From: an uncultured bacterium
GTDB lineage: Bacteria > JAGOEH01
NCBI GenBank assembly: GCA_964632485.1
Contig: CAZWDO010000001.1
Location: forward strand, 62,001 to 126,000
DNA: 64,000 nt
Direction: 5' to 3'
Part shown: positions 18,447-28,501 of the stretch, in pieces
How the letters are laid out: the number at the start of each line of letters is the position of its first letter
Position numbering within the stretch: the stretch's first letter is position 1
Program-made: the position numbers and the translations under genes
The notes under the pieces: generated by a model
What the model was told of the DNA's origin: nothing
What the model saw: the letters and a program-made list of their open reading frames with translations, nothing else
The model's database searches: none

Positions 18447-21400
18447 ATGAAAAAGATACTCCTGGTATTTTTTTGGGCGGTAATATTAACGACATCCTAT
18501 CCCGCTTGGGAAATACGTTTAACCGAAACCAGACATCATCGGCGAAGCGCTATGAATATAAATAGCGAGGGCTTCGCAATTGTCGATTCTATCAATTGGG
18601 TAACGACGTCCCAAGTGATATTTCAAAGCGGAAATCACTATTTTACGGGCAAAGTAAACGATACCCTTGCTTTTTTACCTGATTCTGTTTATGGTATCTA
18701 TATGGAACGCGATTTTATGGATTGGCAAAAGCCGATCCCGCGCGTATGGTCGATCCGCGAGCGTCGGGAATTACTACAGGAAGCCTTATGGCGGGAAACT
18801 ATCTATTCCGGCGTCATGAACCTTGAATCAAAACAAAATCAAAAAGAACAATCCCTCTTCAATATTGAAATTCCCATGAATCTGCCGGCCAATATTTTCG
18901 GCAGCGATAAAGTTTCCCTGCAATTGCGTGGTAATCGGCAAATCAGTTTTGAAGGACGCTCAGAAAACCGGACAGGAGTTGTAACCAGCGACTATTACAA
19001 CCAGAATCAGAATTTTTCGATCAATATGGACCAGCGTTACGATTTCTCCATTACAGGAAAAATCGGAACCAAGATCAATGTGGATATTCATCAAAACTCA
19101 GAGATATCTTCCAGTTTGCAAAACAACATTAAAATCAATTTCCGGGGAGATGAAAACGATTTGATCCAGGAGATTGACGGAGGCAATACCAGTTTATCAT
19201 TGCCCAGCACACAGTTCGTTGGATTTTCAGCCGGTTCCCAAGGGCTTTTCGGGATACGGACCAAGATGCAGTTGGGCGATTTACAGCTCATTACCATTGC
19301 CGCCCAGGAGAAAAGCGATAACGAAAAGCAAAGCTTTGACGTGGGGGGCCCTTCAGGCGCCGCGCAAGCGAATACCGTCAATGTGGAAGATTATATCTCG
19401 CGAACTTATTTTTTTATTGATACGCTCTATTTTTTAAATTTTCCCTACCCTCCCACTGAAAATGATCAGGTCGATCCCAACAGCCTCACTCTCTATGTGG
19501 ATGATTATAATAATATGAATAACCAAACGGCCGTACGTTGCTCTGCCTACTATGACTATAGCAACGGCAAGTCCGATGATCGGGAAAAGCATGAAGGCTA
19601 TTTTACGATCATCGATAAATCAGATTATCAATTTGACCCCAACACCGGGGTAATTTCACTGAAAAATGGCCTTGACCGCAGCCATGTGCTGGGGGTCACC
19701 TATGCTACCAAAGGCGGTAGAAAAATTGGCGACTATGATCGCGAATTTATTATTGACTCCAGCTATGCCTACAAACTCAAGCTGATCGCGCCGACACAAT
19801 CAAAAATGGTTTATGATTCCGTACTATTTACCACCTGGGACTACGAACTACGCAACACATATCGCATTGGCCAGGGACGGTTGGAGAACATTCGCATCAA
19901 AGACTCCAAAAAAAATGTGAATGATCTTCCCGATAAGCAGGATGGAGTGGAACCCTTTGTTTATATTACCGGTATTGCGGCCAGCGCGTCTGACAAAACA
20001 AAATACACCCAGGACGAGGGTTACTGGCTGATCAATTTGACAGTGGGGCTCCTGCGATTTCCAGACATCTACCCGTTTGCGCCCGAACTCAACCGCAAGG
20101 TGATCGGAATGCGCGCAAAAATCAATACCGTATTCAACCTGGAACGAGGCGACCTCATCCTCGATACGGCGTACCAATATCCGGACCTCTATACCAATTT
20201 TCCGATTACCCAGGACATCCGCGAGACTATCATATTAAAAATCGAATATGAGGGAACCGCAACGCGGCAACGAGTCGTCAATTTGGGAAAAACCAATATT
20301 GCCAGCGCAACCATCACCTTGGGCAACGAACGTCTCGAAGAAGGAAAAGATTATCAACTCATCGGAGAAATCGGCCAGATTACGTTTATCAATGATAAAG
20401 TTTTAAACCGCGTTAATGAGAAATTGACAATTGAGTATGAATTTGAACCGTTTTTCAAGACCGGTCAGACCACCTTATTCGGAACGCGGGCCGAATATGG
20501 TATCGGTGAGAATTTAAAATTCGGCGGCACGGTCGTCTATCGCAGCGAACGCGTGATTGATAAAAAACCGCGTCTGGGCTCCGAACCCGCTCGAAATGCT
20601 GTTTTTGATCTGGATGTAGCCTACCGCTATCAACCGGAATTTTTAACAAAAGCCGTTAATTTGCTCCCCTTCTTCTATTCCGATGCGCCATCTTCATTTA
20701 CAGTTCAGGCAGAAATCGGCCACAGCATGCCGGATCATAACGTCAGCAAATACAAAGCCGCTTATATCGACGATTTCGAAAGCAGCCGACAGGCCGACGG
20801 ATTGGGGACTTTTCGCTACAATTGGCAAAAATCCTCCTACCCTCTGGAGACAACAGGCATCAAACGCGGCAAGTTGATTTGGTTCACTTACCCCACACCG
20901 ACATCTTCACGATCAGTATGGCCCAATAAAGACGTCCGGCAACAGGACGATCCAATCTATCCACTTGAGCTCATTTTGATCCCCGATTCCACCGATATCC
21001 TGCCATCCCAGACCTGGGGAGGCATTATGCGCCCTATTTGGAATCCCGACCACTCCCGCAGCAAATATATTGAAGTATGGCTTAAAGGCGACGAGGGGGT
21101 TGACCTGTATATCGATCTGGGGATTATCTCAGAAGATGTGGACAATGACGGCGGTTTTTTACGTACCGAAGACAAAGACCTCAATGGCGTCCTCACGACT
21201 GAAGCCGAAGATACCGGCTTGTGGAGCGATTCCACCGACCTCTGGTTCGATCCCTATGATAATTGGAGTCAATGGGAATCAGACCGCAATTATAACAATA
21301 CCGATCAACTCAAGTATATTAATGGAACTAAAAACAATAAAAACGATCAAAACTCCGGACAATCACCCGATACAGAGGATATGAACCGCAACAGTGTTTT

Positions 21401-24395
21401 AGATACTGAAAACAAATATTTCCAATATCATTTCCGGATTACACGACCCGATCCTCTCAATCCTGGCTATTATATTCCCGGCACACAAAGCGATTCTTCG
21501 TCCAACCCCTGGCGGCTCTACCGCATCCCCATTGAGGATTATACACGTAAAGTCGGCAATGCCTCGCTGGCAAAAATCGAAGCAGTCCGGCTCTGGGTCA
21601 GCGGCGCCGATCAAATGAAACATGTGCGTATCGCTAAAATTGAAATTGTCGAAAACCGCTGGATCGATAATAAAATTCAAAAATCGAACCTCAAAGTTTT
21701 ACCTGATTCCGCTTACCTGCCGATTGTCGATACTACCCATGAAAAATTCAGGGTTTCGGTTGTCAGTGTTTATGAGAATGCGGATTATGTTATCCCTCCC
21801 GGTATCGAACAGATTCGCGACAATCAGTATGACTATTTGCAGAATGAACAATCATTGGCATTGATTCTGGAAAATCTGGAATACGGCCATGAGACATCGG
21901 TTCGCCAGATCGCCACTCAGCCCTATAATTTTACAATGTACCAAAATCTCGAGATTTTTATCCACGGCCCCCTGTTTTCACCGGACAGTATGTTCTTTTT
22001 TATCCGACTGGGCTCGGATGAAAACAATTATTATCAGTACCACAAACTGATCGCCAACGATTGGGAAAAAGTCATCATTCCATTGCAGGAACTAATGTTT
22101 TTTAAGAAGGATTCACTCCTTTTCCTGGAACAATTGATCGAACGCAGCAAAGCCGACAGTTCATTTATCCTTTCCCCAACCGACAGCATGCGCTATGCCC
22201 ACCCCGAATTCTACTTAGACCGTTTCTACATAAAAGGGAAACCGACCCTCAACAATGTGCGACGAATCGATATCGGTGTTGTGAACGCTAACCCCAGCAA
22301 ACAAGCGATCGGACGCGGGGAGGAAGCGCAAGTCTGGTTCAATGAAATGCGCCTGACCAATCCCTATAACCAAAGCGGTACCGCCAAGCGGATAACGGTG
22401 CAGACCAGTTTATCGAACCTGGGTTCTGTAAGTTACAACCTGAGCGAACAGGACGCTTTTTTCCATGATTTGAGGAATGATTTTGGCAGCAACAGGTTTA
22501 CAGTTCAAAATTCTTATTCTGCTCAACTGGATTTCGGACGATTTTTCCCCCAGAAAGCGCAAATCGCGATTCCTGTAAATTTTACACAATCCAACAGTTC
22601 TGACATCCCGCGGATTATCCCCGGTTCCGATATAATCCTCAGCGATAACAAAAACGAAATAGAAAATGATCCGGACATGGAAATATATAAGGGAACGACC
22701 TCGAACTCAACCTTCAGCGTCAGTTACAACAAAGGAGCATCCTCCACTAACCCACTGATCGGCTTACTCTTTGAACGCATCAAACTTAGCTATTCCAAAG
22801 GAGAAAGCGACCGTGTCGATTATACAACGGTCATCAATCGCAGTTCCAATAGTACCGCGAGGTTTTCATTAGATTTGAAACCCAAGAAAACCCCCACTTG
22901 GGCTATATTCAAATGGACCAAACCGATACCCATTGTTAACAGCATGATGCAGAATGCCCAGTTCACCATACTACCCAATCAATTTGATCTATCCTTGGAC
23001 TATTCGGAAACAGACAGCGAGGTGCAACGCCGCTTTGAACAGGAAGCCACTTCGCGCATTTCCCGTTTTTTAGATGGCCGGTTCAATTTTGGACTTTCGT
23101 TATTTAACTCACTGCCATTCCGGTATTCTTTGACCCTCAAACGGGATATGAAGTTTCAACCGTTATCATGGCCGGGAATTCAGCAGGGGAAACTCGGATA
23201 TGAACTCAACCGGGCTCACCAGTATTCACTCAATATGCAGCCCAAAATTTTTTCCTGGTTAAGTCCCAGCGCTAATTACAATTATAACTATACCCAAAAC
23301 CGGATTGAAAAGAATGTAACCACTCAAACAACAACCGATCAAACTAACGAAGCCATCAATCTGAACCTCAGCCGCAACTATCGTTTCAGTTTAAACTACA
23401 ATCTGTTATTGATGATGGATACGGGCGCTCGCAAACTGAAAATGGAAGCCGCTCCAGTATGGAAATTTTTCCGGTCCCTGATCTTCAACCGTCTTGGAGC
23501 GATCACCTATTCCGTTGACCGCACATTAAGTTACACCTTTGCCCAGTCGTATGTAGAACCTGGCTTGAAATACCAACTCGGTTTTGGCCAGGATATACGC
23601 CCTGACCTTTTTCTCTACACCGATTCGGCAGCCATTGCTCAATATACAACCCGCGACGCCCAAAGTCAGGCCGATGGGTGGAGTTTGAGTACATCCCTAA
23701 ATCTGACCAGTTTCATGCGGGGAAATATCAGCTATAAAAATTCGGTTGCTTCCAGCATATCCGGGTCCAGAAACAATGGCGAACGCACGTCCAACACACT
23801 GGGTTGGGGCGGAAATCTATCCAATTTCGCCCAAAAAATACCCATTCTTAAAACCTATGTTCCCAACCTGGCCATTAATCATGCCGGTTCTTATACCGAA
23901 CAAATTCAAGAAAATCAAAATAGCAATACCCTCGCCTTCAGCCCCTTAGCCAGCTTTTCAACCAATATTAAAAAGATTGCTTTGTCCTACACTTATAATA
24001 ATTCACTGACTACCACCGACAATAAAAACGGCAGTATAACAAAAAATGAAAATAACGGACATTCCTTAACCCTGAATTATTCATTTTCAGCAGAAAAAGG
24101 AATTGGTTTGAATTTCCTCTTTTTTAAAAATAAAACTCTAAAATTTAGTAACAACATGAATTTAAGTGTGACAATTAGCCAAAATCATGTAAAAAACTAC
24201 ACAGAGGGACAATCCGCGCTGGCTACCGCCAACTCGGATAAAACGGATGTATCTATCAAACCCCAAATCAGTTATAATTTCAGTTCCCGTATCAATGGCG
24301 GATTGACCGGAGAATATACGCGCAGTCAGGACAATCAACGAAAACAGGGCATGATAATTAAAGCCCTAAAGTTATGGGCTGAATTGCGCTTTTAA
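18447..24395 (+). CDS. sprA: type IX secretion system outer-membrane translocon SprA/Sov homolog
   Basis: ITGKIG, GNTSLSLP...QGLFGI, AYIDDFE, RGKLIWF, LYIDLGIISED, PDTEDMN, WRLYRIPI, VWFNEMRL; long amphipathic beta-strand C-terminus ending in F. Confidence 0.9.
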   Translation: MKKILLVFFWAVILTTSYPAWEIRLTETRHHRRSAMNINSEGFAIVDSINWVTTSQVIFQSGNHYFTGKVNDTLAFLPDSVYGIYMERDFMDWQKPIPRVWSIRERRELLQEALWRETIYSGVMNLESKQNQKEQSLFNIEIPMNLPANIFGSDKVSLQLRGNRQISFEGRSENRTGVVTSDYYNQNQNFSINMDQRYDFSITGKIGTKINVDIHQNSEISSSLQNNIKINFRGDENDLIQEIDGGNTSLSLPSTQFVGFSAGSQGLFGIRTKMQLGDLQLITIAAQEKSDNEKQSFDVGGPSGAAQANTVNVEDYISRTYFFIDTLYFLNFPYPPTENDQVDPNSLTLYVDDYNNMNNQTAVRCSAYYDYSNGKSDDREKHEGYFTIIDKSDYQFDPNTGVISLKNGLDRSHVLGVTYATKGGRKIGDYDREFIIDSSYAYKLKLIAPTQSKMVYDSVLFTTWDYELRNTYRIGQGRLENIRIKDSKKNVNDLPDKQDGVEPFVYITGIAASASDKTKYTQDEGYWLINLTVGLLRFPDIYPFAPELNRKVIGMRAKINTVFNLERGDLILDTAYQYPDLYTNFPITQDIRETIILKIEYEGTATRQRVVNLGKTNIASATITLGNERLEEGKDYQLIGEIGQITFINDKVLNRVNEKLTIEYEFEPFFKTGQTTLFGTRAEYGIGENLKFGGTVVYRSERVIDKKPRLGSEPARNAVFDLDVAYRYQPEFLTKAVNLLPFFYSDAPSSFTVQAEIGHSMPDHNVSKYKAAYIDDFESSRQADGLGTFRYNWQKSSYPLETTGIKRGKLIWFTYPTPTSSRSVWPNKDVRQQDDPIYPLELILIPDSTDILPSQTWGGIMRPIWNPDHSRSKYIEVWLKGDEGVDLYIDLGIISEDVDNDGGFLRTEDKDLNGVLTTEAEDTGLWSDSTDLWFDPYDNWSQWESDRNYNNTDQLKYINGTKNNKNDQNSGQSPDTEDMNRNSVLDTENKYFQYHFRITRPDPLNPGYYIPGTQSDSSSNPWRLYRIPIEDYTRKVGNASLAKIEAVRLWVSGADQMKHVRIAKIEIVENRWIDNKIQKSNLKVLPDSAYLPIVDTTHEKFRVSVVSVYENADYVIPPGIEQIRDNQYDYLQNEQSLALILENLEYGHETSVRQIATQPYNFTMYQNLEIFIHGPLFSPDSMFFFIRLGSDENNYYQYHKLIANDWEKVIIPLQELMFFKKDSLLFLEQLIERSKADSSFILSPTDSMRYAHPEFYLDRFYIKGKPTLNNVRRIDIGVVNANPSKQAIGRGEEAQVWFNEMRLTNPYNQSGTAKRITVQTSLSNLGSVSYNLSEQDAFFHDLRNDFGSNRFTVQNSYSAQLDFGRFFPQKAQIAIPVNFTQSNSSDIPRIIPGSDIILSDNKNEIENDPDMEIYKGTTSNSTFSVSYNKGASSTNPLIGLLFERIKLSYSKGESDRVDYTTVINRSSNSTARFSLDLKPKKTPTWAIFKWTKPIPIVNSMMQNAQFTILPNQFDLSLDYSETDSEVQRRFEQEATSRISRFLDGRFNFGLSLFNSLPFRYSLTLKRDMKFQPLSWPGIQQGKLGYELNRAHQYSLNMQPKIFSWLSPSANYNYNYTQNRIEKNVTTQTTTDQTNEAINLNLSRNYRFSLNYNLLLMMDTGARKLKMEAAPVWKFFRSLIFNRLGAITYSVDRTLSYTFAQSYVEPGLKYQLGFGQDIRPDLFLYTDSAAIAQYTTRDAQSQADGWSLSTSLNLTSFMRGNISYKNSVASSISGSRNNGERTSNTLGWGGNLSNFAQKIPILKTYVPNLAINHAGSYTEQIQENQNSNTLAFSPLASFSTNIKKIALSYTYNNSLTTTDNKNGSITKNENNGHSLTLNYSFSAEKGIGLNFLFFKNKTLKFSNNMNLSVTISQNHVKNYTEGQSALATANSDKTDVSIKPQISYNFSSRINGGLTGEYTRSQDNQRKQGMIIKALKLWAELRF

Positions 24396-24466
24396 ATAAG
24401 AAGCAGGGGCATGAATCTTGACCTCGGCAAAGAGGCGGCTCAATGGGAATTCTCAAAAAAAAGCGC

Positions 24467-24495
24467 TTGACATTTACTGGAGACCCGTTTATATT
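24467..24495 (+). promoter_or_regulatory. sigma70-type promoter of asnA
   Basis: TTGACA-17 nt-TATATT. Confidence 0.65.
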
Positions 24496-24517
24496 GAAAA
24501 CCAGTTAAACTTAAACA

Positions 24518-25567
24518 ATGGAGTCCATAATGTCATCACCGCTTTATATTCCCGAAAATTATCAACCATTATTATCGCTTAAACAAACTGAAATCGCCAT
24601 CAAGCGACTCAAGGATTTCTTTCAGAACAACCTATCGGCGGAATTACGCCTGACCCGTGTTACCGCTCCCCTTTTCGTTAAAAAAGGCACCGGAATCAAC
24701 GATGATCTGAATGGAATTGAACGCCCGGTATCGTTTCCCATCAAAGGCATGAATGAGACCCAGGCAGAAATCGTTCAGTCCTTAGCCAAGTGGAAACGGC
24801 TGATGCTGGCTGAATACCAGGTTGAAACCGGGTACGGAATCTATACGGACATGAACGCCATTCGCCCCGATGAAATTCTCGATAATATTCATTCACTCTA
24901 TGTAGACCAGTGGGACTGGGAAATGGTTATAACCCGGGAACAACGAAATCTTGATCTCTTAAAATCGATCGTACGCAAAATCTACACCGTGTTAAAACAG
25001 ACTGAATTTTTTATTTTTGAAAACTATGATATCAAACCCGAATTACCCGAATCCATCTATTTTATCCATAGTGAGGAACTTCAGGCTCGATATCCGCAAC
25101 TCACTCCCCGGGAAAGAGAGCAGGAGATTGTCAGGCAATATGGAGCGGTCTTTGTCATTGGTATTGGCGGAGTATTGGCAGACAACCAGGTTCATGACGG
25201 CCGCGCTCCCGATTACGATGATTGGACTACCCCAACGATAAACGGGTACCACGGATTAAACGGCGATATTATCATCTGGAATCCGGTGTTACAATCAGCG
25301 TATGAAATTTCTTCCATGGGGATTCGAGTGGATGAAAACGCCATGAATACCCAATTAAAAATATGCGGCGCGCAAGACCGGCAAAATCTTTATTTTCACA
25401 ATCGTCTTCTTAAGGGTGAATTGCCTTACTCCATCGGTGGTGGAATCGGCCAGTCGCGATTATGTATGTATTACCTGCGAAAAGCCCATATTGGTGAAAT
25501 TCAGTCCAGCCTCTGGCCCGAGGATATGATCGAAACTTGTCACGCCAACCGGATTTTCTTGTTATAG
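24518..25567 (+). CDS. asnA: aspartate-ammonia ligase
   Basis: NDDLNGIERPV, VQSLAKWKR, HSLYVDQWDWE, HDGRAPDYDDW, SIGGGIGQSR. The true start may be ATG 24530. Confidence 0.96.
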   Translation: MESIMSSPLYIPENYQPLLSLKQTEIAIKRLKDFFQNNLSAELRLTRVTAPLFVKKGTGINDDLNGIERPVSFPIKGMNETQAEIVQSLAKWKRLMLAEYQVETGYGIYTDMNAIRPDEILDNIHSLYVDQWDWEMVITREQRNLDLLKSIVRKIYTVLKQTEFFIFENYDIKPELPESIYFIHSEELQARYPQLTPREREQEIVRQYGAVFVIGIGGVLADNQVHDGRAPDYDDWTTPTINGYHGLNGDIIIWNPVLQSAYEISSMGIRVDENAMNTQLKICGAQDRQNLYFHNRLLKGELPYSIGGGIGQSRLCMYYLRKAHIGEIQSSLWPEDMIETCHANRIFLL

Positions 25568-25580
25568 AAACTCTCTTATT

Positions 25581-25686
25581 CGACAAAATTGTCGTTCAAT
25601 AGTCGTCATTTTTGTCGAATTTTATATAGTCAAATTTTTAAGTAGTTGCTGATTAATAGCTTGAAATTAATGGCTTAATAAATGCA
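25581..25686 (+). promoter_or_regulatory. putative sigma54 promoter with tandem upstream activator sites
   Basis: TGGC-TTAATAAA-TGCA (GG-N10-GC) at 25671-25686; palindrome CGACAAAATTGTCG (25581-25594) and near-copy CGTCATTTTTGTCG (25604-25617). Confidence 0.6.
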
Positions 25687-25724
25687 AACTATTAATTGTA
25701 ACCACTAACTCAAAGGAGTCACTT

Positions 25725-26117
25725 ATGAAAATGAGACAACAATGGCTGATGTTACTTTCCATTATCATCGGAATCACTGCTTTCCAATCCGCCTGGGCGT
25801 GTGATATTTCAATCAAGTTCGACGATGCCAAGAAAAATGAATTTAACAGAGGGGATACGGTACTAATAACCGTAAAGGTTAATCTCCCTCATCGCAATTG
25901 TCCCAACAGTATTGAGCAGACAGAGTTTGCCTATGATGGCATCAAGGTGCTCGGTTCGACCGGTTGGAAAGATATGAAACAACAGACCTGGCAAAAACGT
26001 TTTAAAGTAATAGTACTGGATACCTTGGTTGAAAAGGTATATTTTAAAGCTTACCGGTTATGCAGCGCGGGTGGGGATGAAGAAATACTACCCATTCCGG
26101 TTAAAGCGAAGGATTAA
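25725..26117 (+). CDS. small secreted beta-rich protein with Cys/His motif
   Basis: AAGGAG SD; signal peptide ending AWA-C; HRNC and RLC motifs. Confidence 0.75.
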   Translation: MKMRQQWLMLLSIIIGITAFQSAWACDISIKFDDAKKNEFNRGDTVLITVKVNLPHRNCPNSIEQTEFAYDGIKVLGSTGWKDMKQQTWQKRFKVIVLDTLVEKVYFKAYRLCSAGGDEEILPIPVKAKD

Positions 26118-26120
26118 ACA

Positions 26121-27398
26121 ATGAATTCAAAGCGCGCTATCTTATACAAGCTAATTGGCGGGTTGATCCTGCTAACAGGATTATTTCCAGAATATTCGTT
26201 AGCCAAAGAGGATTGCCGCTCTCAGATTGGCGCAAGTTTGAATCCCCTGGGAAAAGAAACCCCCTTTTACTGGGGGTTTGAGATAATCGGCGGATATGGA
26301 TTGCGCACAAATGCCCAACTGGCTAATATCAATTTATATCAGGCGCTATCTTTCAATCATGACAACTACAAATTATATGTTGAGACTGGCTACAAATGGC
26401 GCGATAAAAACTTTGAGAATCATGAACAGCGTTCTATCCGACATGCGCATTTTGGGGCGCGGGCGCTTTACGCTTCATTTTATTTTGAACATTTAGAAAT
26501 GACTACAGGTCTATTTGAAGCGTCCTTGAAAAATTCTTTTATTTTGGACGAACGGGTTGTGGGAATCGACATCAAGAGCGATCTGGCGCGTTGGCAGTGG
26601 CAACTCTCAGCCGGCAGCATTCTCAAGGATTTTGCCCGCCATGGAGCGTTTTGTAGTGTATCACACCTGTTAAAGACCACAATTGATGATCCCAGTCCCC
26701 TTTTAGGCAACAAACTGGGGGATATGACTTTTGCCGCTTTTTCCTGGCAATTAATTCCCCGGCAGGCGCTTCCGTCTGAAAAGGAGGATGAATTTGAAGA
26801 CTTTAATGAGCCAGTGGAAGAAAGCGCGCCCGTATTAGTGCCTTCAAAACTAAAAATTGAAGGCCTCGCATTGCATGCTTATTCTGAATTCGGAAGATGG
26901 ATTAAATCCCCATCATATTTCAATGGGATTACTTTATCTATTGGAACACCTCTAATTGAAAAGCTGACAGCCGAATCCTGGATTCAAATTCAATCTGACC
27001 AATGGAACTCCATCCATAAAATCGCCGCCGAAAAATCCCTGGGATGGCAGCAATCAGCCATCAGTTGCGCGTATTATACATACTGGGGGGATCATTATGG
27101 CCATTTTACTCCTCCCTCTTTCAGCAATCTGTTTCTGGGAGAAATGGCGCAATTGGATGTGATTCATCTGCCCCTCTTAACGTTCAATCTGTTTATTCCC
27201 GTGCAACCCTGGAAAACCAATATTCAATTCGAGCATATCATTCAATTGGAACATGCCCATACCCGTGAGACTGATTTGATGATCAGCCATCGATTCTTTG
27301 GAAAAATGATGACTTATTTCTGGGTCGGCCGTCTTTCGTCTCAAACGATTGACGAAACATATTGGCTGACCCGCTTAGAATTACACTGGACACTGTAG
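26121..27398 (+). CDS. hypothetical exported protein, probable outer-membrane beta-barrel
   Basis: Signal peptide (SLA-K), many aromatic-rich alternating strands, C-terminus YWLTRLELHWTL. Confidence 0.55.
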   Translation: MNSKRAILYKLIGGLILLTGLFPEYSLAKEDCRSQIGASLNPLGKETPFYWGFEIIGGYGLRTNAQLANINLYQALSFNHDNYKLYVETGYKWRDKNFENHEQRSIRHAHFGARALYASFYFEHLEMTTGLFEASLKNSFILDERVVGIDIKSDLARWQWQLSAGSILKDFARHGAFCSVSHLLKTTIDDPSPLLGNKLGDMTFAAFSWQLIPRQALPSEKEDEFEDFNEPVEESAPVLVPSKLKIEGLALHAYSEFGRWIKSPSYFNGITLSIGTPLIEKLTAESWIQIQSDQWNSIHKIAAEKSLGWQQSAISCAYYTYWGDHYGHFTPPSFSNLFLGEMAQLDVIHLPLLTFNLFIPVQPWKTNIQFEHIIQLEHAHTRETDLMISHRFFGKMMTYFWVGRLSSQTIDETYWLTRLELHWTL

Positions 27399-27413
27399 GG
27401 AAAAAGGCTAAAT

Positions 27414-28415
27414 ATGAATAGACGTAACTTCATTCAAATGGCCGGAAAATCTTTAGGATCCATCACACTGGTTGGCGGTTGGGTGGGATTCAGTTGTTCC
27501 GGTTCGCTATATGAATCGTACCGTATTGATGCCGGGAAATGTATCGGCTGCGGAATTTGCTCTGATGAATGTCGGTATCAGGCAATTAGCTTACCTATTA
27601 AAAGCGAGTATCGGATTGATGTGGAAAACTGTAGGGAATGCGGCGTATGTGTCGATCATTGTCCGGAAGGCGCTATCCATGTCGCTGCCATTGAATATGC
27701 TATAAACAATGATCAGTGCACTGATTGCGGCGATTGCCAAAAAGTCTGCGATCCGGACGCAATCATAATTTCATGGGCAGACTACGGTATTTTAGACGAT
27801 AAATGTGTTGGCTGCGGGGATTGTATTGGAATCTGTGAAACCAACGCCATAAATTATATCCGGGAATACTATACCGTTAATACACAACTCTGCGGCCAGG
27901 GTTGCGGCCACGGATGCGTCAGCGTCTGCCCGGAACAAGCTATCAAATCCTCCGGCAGAAATACCGTCATTGATCTGGCGAAATGCACACGATGCGGGTT
28001 ATGTCTTAGCGCCTGCCCACGCGATGCCATTCTGCCGGCGCTGGTTGCTTTGCAAACTGATTTATGCACACAATGCGGCAAGTGTTTCCCAATTTGCAGC
28101 TATGATGCCATTGATAAAAAATATCAAAATTCCGATCTAAGAACTTCCATTGACAAGAGTAAATGTAATCGGTGCGGAAACTGCCTTCCCATCTGCCCAT
28201 CCCAGGCAATCATCAAAATCGATCCGGTTGTTTATTTTTCTCCCTATATCGAACCAGCCATTTGTACCCATTGCGGCAAGTGCTTTAAAGGGGAGGTTTG
28301 CATCTATGAAGGAGCGCTGATCAGAACTCTGTACCAGGCGCAAATTCTCCATAAGGAATGTGTTAAATGCGGTGATTGCATTGATCTTTGCCCTGAAAAA
28401 GCGATCGATTCGTAA
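27414..28415 (+). CDS. Tat-signal (lipo)protein polyferredoxin with ten [4Fe-4S] motifs
   Basis: MNRRNFI twin-Arg, GFS-C lipobox-like; eight CxxCxxCxxxC motifs plus two spacing variants (CGQGCGHGCVSVC, CTHCGKCFKGEVC). Confidence 0.88.
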   Translation: MNRRNFIQMAGKSLGSITLVGGWVGFSCSGSLYESYRIDAGKCIGCGICSDECRYQAISLPIKSEYRIDVENCRECGVCVDHCPEGAIHVAAIEYAINNDQCTDCGDCQKVCDPDAIIISWADYGILDDKCVGCGDCIGICETNAINYIREYYTVNTQLCGQGCGHGCVSVCPEQAIKSSGRNTVIDLAKCTRCGLCLSACPRDAILPALVALQTDLCTQCGKCFPICSYDAIDKKYQNSDLRTSIDKSKCNRCGNCLPICPSQAIIKIDPVVYFSPYIEPAICTHCGKCFKGEVCIYEGALIRTLYQAQILHKECVKCGDCIDLCPEKAIDS

Positions 28416-28465
28416 TGATCTGATATAAAATCTGACTATTCAGCTTAAATTTCCAGTGATACACT

Positions 28466-28501
28466 AAAAAAAAAACGCCCGTCCGGGTGAAACGGGCGTT
28501 T
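28466..28501 (-). terminator. intrinsic terminator (minus strand)
   Basis: AAACGCCCGT/ACGGGCGTTT stem followed by a long T run on the minus strand. Confidence 0.75.
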
